14,425 bases of DNA, taken from Paraspadella gotoi (lineage: Eukaryota > Animalia > Chaetognatha). Positions 9,566 through 14,425 of this stretch are shown here, in pieces. The DNA is taken from contig JBJCIZ010001370.1 of assembly GCA_051294375.1 (NCBI GenBank), positions 1 to 14,425 of the forward strand. The letters are read 5' to 3'. Under the pieces are notes generated by a model. That model searched no databases and was not told the DNA's origin. It was given only the letters and a program-made list of their open reading frames with translations. Positions within the stretch are counted from its first letter, which is position 1. The number at the start of each line of letters is the position of its first letter. A program made the translations under genes and the position numbers.

Positions 9566-9928
9566 ATAAATAGAGACAGAGAGAATATAGAATAAAGAAC
9601 GTGCGAGAGAAGCGATAACAATTTGGTTAACAAATCTTTTTTTTTTTTTTTTAACAGAAAGTTCATTATTCTTAATCCAAACGCACCACTGCGTAATACG
9701 TATTGGGCTATTAGTCTTTCAACTTCCAAATTCAAAGTTGTTCCAACTCCCAAAAAAAAATATTTATTATAACGCTTCCTTTTTTTAATTTACGACCACA
9801 TAATATTTCTCATAATATTTCCGCCACTAGCGGTTTCTTGATTAATCTTTCCTATCTTTCATTTTTCTTCTTTTGCGGAAAAAATGGAAAGTCAAGAGTC
9901 TTCCGCCCGGGCCTTCGTCGAAAACGAT

Positions 9929-10009
9929 CTTTCTTTTCACTTTCTTTTTCTTTTCTTTTCTTTTCTTTCTTTTTTTTCCTTTTCATTCTTACTTTCTTTC
10001 TTTTCACTC
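9929..10009. repeat. T-rich (TTTC/TTTTC) tract
   Basis: Directly visible. Confidence 0.88.
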
Positions 10010-10729
10010 TATAGTTTATAGTGTATACTCCTAACCTTTTCGAAACGGCACTCCTTCGTCACTCTCCCCACCAGAATCATTAACCCTGCCTCTTCCATCT
10101 ATCTTCCCCCCTATAGAGTCACTTCTCCCTCAATACAAAACCAACCCATCCCGTTACCAACCCATCTCCATCCCCACCCTCCCCCACTCTCTGGTCCCTA
10201 AGTCCATTAACCCCTGCCCATTTTTGCTATCTGCCCTTGACCGACGTTCATATCCTTCTGGGTCCCACTGACCCTCTGCCTCCGCCTTCAACCCGCCGCG
10301 CCGCCATCCCGCCCAACTTTTTTTCTTTCTCAAATCTTTCAGTTCAAATCTCCCCAAAGTCTCTTTATTACCGAAGGTTAGCTACTTTTAAGTATTAAGC
10401 AAAAATACGTCAGTTTCGTCTTTTTCTATATATTTTCGATATGTGCTTGCGCAAAATGCTATACGTGCTCGTCACTAATTCAATATTATCAGTCATAATT
10501 ACTCGTTTAAAATTGATAATCTTTTTGTCACGAACGATTTAAATCGTTTTTCAACAATGTAACTGTATTGCAAAAGAGGTGATTCCAATAATTGGCACTA
10601 ATATCGCAACTTCACTTTCTCTCGTTTGAAGCATCTAAAATAAGAGCCAAGTCGCGGCGTGGGCGGAAAGGAGTCGTTCAACGAATCAAATATGCAAAGA
10701 TGTACGTCCTTCTATTCCTTTAAATACTG

Positions 10730-10790
10730 CTTCTCTCTCTCTCTCTTCTCTCTCTCTCTACCTCACTCTCCCGTATCTTCTCTCTTCTCC
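10730..10790. repeat. Short imperfect (CT)n tract
   Basis: Directly visible. Confidence 0.88.
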
Positions 10791-10990
10791 AATCCCACTC
10801 TGCCTTTCCGAAGGGAAATCAACGAAAGACAATTGTTTCTTCAATTCGAAATCCAAAAATTTCAAGTTAATTCTCAAAACTTCGGGGAAGAGAAAAAAAA
10901 TCCTTCTCTTCAAATTTTTCCAATTTATGTTTAAAATTTTTTAGTTCATCATTTTCACTGAAACTTGAATAAATTTCGTTGTGTGTAACT

Positions 10991-11033
10991 TTGACGTCAA
11001 TTTTTTGTTTAAAGTCATAGTCATTTTGGCGCG
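10991..11033. promoter_or_regulatory. Possible CRE/ATF plus E2F motif pair
   Basis: TTGACGTCAA (10991-11000) and TTTTGGCGCG (11024-11033) match the consensus motifs. No linked transcript is visible. Confidence 0.2.
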
Positions 11034-11284
11034 CATGTCAAAATCTTTTATGCAGTTATATATTAGCGAAGAACTTTTTCTTCTTTCTCAATTCTTTTTT
11101 CTTTTTTTTTTCTTCCCCTTTTGATTTTACTCGCCGTTTTCGTTCGATATTTCTCTGTTTGGGGTTCGAGAACCAAACAAAAATCTGGTGACAGATGATA
11201 TTTTTCGGGTCGACGAGGAAAAGAGAACGAAGAGAGAGAAAAAAAAGAAATTAATGCAACGAAGCTATAACAACACGACGTCAT

Positions 11285-11990
11285 ATAGAATCTAGTCCGT
11301 ATGACGTGAGAAAATCGGGAGACACCAAGCGAGGGAGTTGGACAGACCGGTGGAGCGGACTGCGGGGAGGGAAGTGGGAAAGGGGAGAAGTGGTGGACTG
11401 GATTAGCAATAACTGGGGGAAGTAGAGCGGAGAGGTACTCAAGGAGGATAGTGGGACTCGAGGATCGGACAGGAGCGGAACGCTGGAGATGACAGGACGC
11501 ATATGGTCAGGAGCAATAAATGTATGCTGAGGATGCGTAACGGCGCTCAGGACCGACGTTTAGGGAGAAGAGGGCGTAAAGAAACTGTTTGGCTGGAGAT
11601 ACCTTCGTGGGTCGAGTATTCAGGATGAGTATCGATCGAGGGAGGGGACGTTGGCCTGGATCACAAATCTGCAGCCGACGAGGAGAGGGACCAGAGACAT
11701 ACCACGACACCGATATGAGGAACCTATAATTCAGTGATATGGAACCCTTAGCAGTAGGGACCGAGAGCGACTCTAGTAGGGGTCGCTGCGACAGAATGCG
11801 AGCTTCAAAATTGAAGGCGTCCAATACACTCGAGTGGAGCGCATGCAACCGACTGGAGATGTAGATTGGAGCGACTGCAGAAGCAGTCTGATACTGGCCT
11901 GACGGATCACAGTCGACGACGACTGTATGTATCCTGCACCTGCATAGACAGAGCCACATACAGTTTCACCAACGCAATCGACTTCATCTA
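11285..11990 (+). mobile_element. Possible heavily decayed non-LTR retrotransposon ORF2 C-terminal fragment
   Basis: Compositionally distinct island: GC-richer, purine-rich on +, without long A/T runs. Plus-strand translation gives WTDRWSGLRGGKWERGEVVDWISNNWG (11339-11419), C*GC (11525-11536) and, in another frame, CSRRGEGPETYH (11670-11705). Multiple stops interrupt all + frames. Confidence 0.33.
11364..11385 (+). other. Canonical G-quadruplex motif
   Basis: GGGG-A-GGG-AAGT-GGG-AAA-GGGG. Confidence 0.6.
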
Positions 11991-12104
11991 TTGGTTGCGA
12001 AGGAAATCCATCGAATTCTTATTTTCTGTTTAGTTATCCTTTTTTTCTTCTTCGTCTTATGGTTAAAATCTGAAATAATTGTAGCAGCTAATTGAAATCT
12101 GCTG

Positions 12105-12177
12105 CTTCTCTCTCTCATCTCTGCTCTCCCTGTCTCATCTCTCTCTCTCTCTCTCTCTATCTTCTCCTCCTCTCTTT
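12105..12177. repeat. Imperfect (CT)n tract
   Basis: Directly visible. Confidence 0.92.
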
Positions 12178-12498
12178 ATCCGCGCTTTGCACCCCTATTT
12201 TTTCGGGGGTTACAACAAACGAGGCCTTTTTTTTTTTTCGCCGGGGAAATTAAACCAAAACAAGAAGAGTTTAATTTCGCGAATGGTGCAGTTTTAGAGT
12301 TGTGGAAGAGCGGCGAGGGCGGGCGGAGGCGCGGAGCGCGCCGAGGCGGCAAAGGCGGCAAGTGCGGGGAAGGCGAGGAAAGCGGCGGAGCGGGGAAAGT
12401 GAATAAATGTTGGAAGTGAAAAAATCGTGCGGCTACGTGATTCGGAATGCCCGGTGGTATGGCCATGCAGGAAAAGGGGGTCCGGGAAAGGGGGGATA

Positions 12499-12600
12499 TC
12501 TTCTCTCTCTCTCACTCATCTCTCATCTTCTCTCTCTCTCTTCTCCTCTCATCTCTCTTTCTCTCTCTCTCTTCTTCTATCTCTCTCTTTTGGTCTTTCT
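12499..12600. repeat. Imperfect (CT)n tract
   Basis: Directly visible. Confidence 0.94.
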
Positions 12601-12682
12601 CACACCCTCATGACTTCTTTTCACAGCAGCCTGACCTCATCACCGCGGATTCAAAAATCTCGTCGAGAGAGTTTCCAAAGAT

Positions 12683-12790
12683 TCTTTATTCTCTCTCGTC
12701 TCTCTCTCTCTCTCTCTCTCTTCCTCTCTCTCTTCATCTCTCGTCTCTCTCTCTTCAATCTCTCTTCTCTTCTCTCCTCGCTTATCTCTA
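12683..12790. repeat. Imperfect (CT)n tract
   Basis: Directly visible. Confidence 0.94.
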
Positions 12791-12922
12791 CTTTCAACAC
12801 GCACACTCACAATGCGCGGGTCAAAAAATTCTTTTCTTGCTGTCAACTCTTGGGAGTTTTTGAAACCCTGAGCGTTGTCCAACCACCAAGCATGAAATAA
12901 CCAAGGGTCGAGTCATTTTCCG

Positions 12923-12960
12923 AGCCAATCAGAACTCGCGTAATTTAATTCGGCGCCAAA
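12923..12960. promoter_or_regulatory. Possible NF-Y CCAAT box plus E2F motif
   Basis: AGCCAATCAG (12923-12932) matches the extended NF-Y consensus. GCGCCAAA (12953-12960) reads TTTGGCGC on the minus strand. No linked transcript is visible. Confidence 0.25.
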
Positions 12961-13445
12961 AAATTTTTCATTCGGGTCAGATCAAATGTTTTTTCAAGTT
13001 TCTTCTAAACTGGATCAATGGAAGTAAATTTAATGTATGAAAACAATTTGCTAGTCTCAATCAACAATCATATCGTTGGTGGTTTTTGAAAAGTTGAAAC
13101 TTTTACGGAATTTCGGTAATGGTTCATGTACTATTATACAATAACAATTTAGTAATATCGTAAAAAAAACCAAAGAGCTTTAAGTAAAGAGCAGATAAGA
13201 GTTACTTTTTTTTTGGCTTTGTTTCTCGCGAATTAATCAGTCTCTGATCTTATTAAGTAGGTCCCATTAATGCCTCATTAAGTTCTTCAAATTAATGATA
13301 TCACTCCCCCGATCCTTTTACAAAAAAACATGATAGAATGGAAAAAAGAAGAAAAGATGAAGCGTCTGGGGAAAGAAAATGGAACAAAAGAGAGAAAATA
13401 AGGAGGGAAAAGAAAGGAAGAGAAAAACTTTGTCTGAGGCAAACT

Positions 13446-13446
<1 letters not shown>

Positions 13447-13509
<63 letters not shown>

Positions 13510-13511
13510 AG
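13447..13511. repeat. (GA)n microsatellite at the end of a broader purine-rich stretch starting ~13340
   Basis: Directly visible. Confidence 0.97.
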
Positions 13512-13773
13512 CATTTAATGGATTCCAAATTGCGGCCCCAGTGAACGGAGACGGAAAAAAAAAACAAGCGGTCGATGGAAACAAGACATAAAATGTTGTT
13601 AAAAGGAGAATCTTTTTTTTTTACCTTGGGGGAAAAAAAATTCTTTTCCAGATGAAATGGATGGAAAAAGAGAAGAGAGAAAAAAAGGAACTCGGCGACT
13701 GGATTGAATTCTTTTTGTTGGTCGAGGACCAAAGGAATCTCGGTGCCAAAAACAAATCGATCTACCTCCTACC

Positions 13774-13845
13774 GTCTCTCTCTCTCTCTCTCTCTCTCTC
13801 TGGGTCTCCTTCCTTCATCCTCCCTCCTTCTCTCTCGTCTCTATT
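13774..13845. repeat. Imperfect (CT)n tract
   Basis: Directly visible. Confidence 0.92.
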
Positions 13846-14225
13846 CTATTTTAATTTTTTCTCTTTCACTTAATTTTTTCTTATTAAGTCAATCTTTTTT
13901 TTAAGATCAGTTTTGTTCGATTTTAATTTATTCGTAGTAGACGAACAATTTTTCTTCAGATGTGAAATGATTCTTTGACCAAGGGAAACGTCGACTTCAT
14001 TCGCTGATAGAGTTACGAAAGCGCAAAGAAACTGCAAGACTTGCAATTGACGCGCACAAATTTCATGCGAACAAATACGATGCAAACGAATTCGTGAGCA
14101 CCTCCCTTCCGTCGGAATCTTTCGCCCGCAGGCTGAGTTTCGCTCGCAAACGCCTCTTCTCGTGGGTTGGCTTTGCTAAGCCTGGCTTTATAAATTGAAA
14201 CGACAAAGGGAACGAAGATGGAAAC

Positions 14226-14259
14226 AGAGAGAGAGAGAGAGAGAGAGACGAGAGGAGAG

Positions 14260-14293
<34 letters not shown>

Positions 14294-14307
14294 GATGAGA
14301 GGGAGAG
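14226..14307. repeat. Imperfect (GA)n microsatellite
   Basis: Directly visible. Confidence 0.96.
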
Positions 14308-14425
14308 CGGTCTCGATGATACAATTTATGGAGATAAAGAGATGCATCAGAAACGAACTGTTTTTTATTTTTTATTTTCCTTCCAAATTAAAACGATAGT
14401 TTTTTCAGTTACTCAAGGCAACCCA

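Noticed and set aside
11063-11959. Operon-like chain of three minus-strand ORFs, including an ATGA overlap at 11281-11284
   Set aside because: No ribosome-binding sites or recognisable products. The pattern is explained by a stop-poor pyrimidine-rich strand.
14414-14423. CAAGGCAACC, the reverse complement of 3853-3862
   Set aside because: An isolated 10-mer match is expected by chance in 14 kb, and the window ends before it can be extended.

Overview
AT-rich, microsatellite-dense eukaryotic DNA that looks intronic or intergenic. An insect-like origin is my inference from abundant CpG, GA/CT tracts and the transposon types. I find no credible intact protein-coding gene, RNA gene or CRISPR array. 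Many tracked ORFs are translations of (CT)n/(GA)n/AAAG tracts, and the rest match nothing I recognise. The structure I can support is mostly transposon debris: (1) two related, diverged ~0.6-0.7 kb foldback (MITE-like) elements at ~60-732 and ~3952-4546; (2) a probable DINE-1/HINE-like (Helentron-type non-autonomous) element at ~5434-5808; (3) a GC-richer island at ~3540-3865 with a 47-bp direct repeat and nested palindromes; (4) a purine-rich island at ~11285-11990 with weak similarity to the C-terminus of a non-LTR retrotransposon ORF2. There are also about 15 polypurine/polypyrimidine tracts, a degenerate minisatellite and several G-quadruplex motifs. I see no convincing evidence of a new biological system. 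All alignments were done by eye and family assignments come from remembered consensus patterns.
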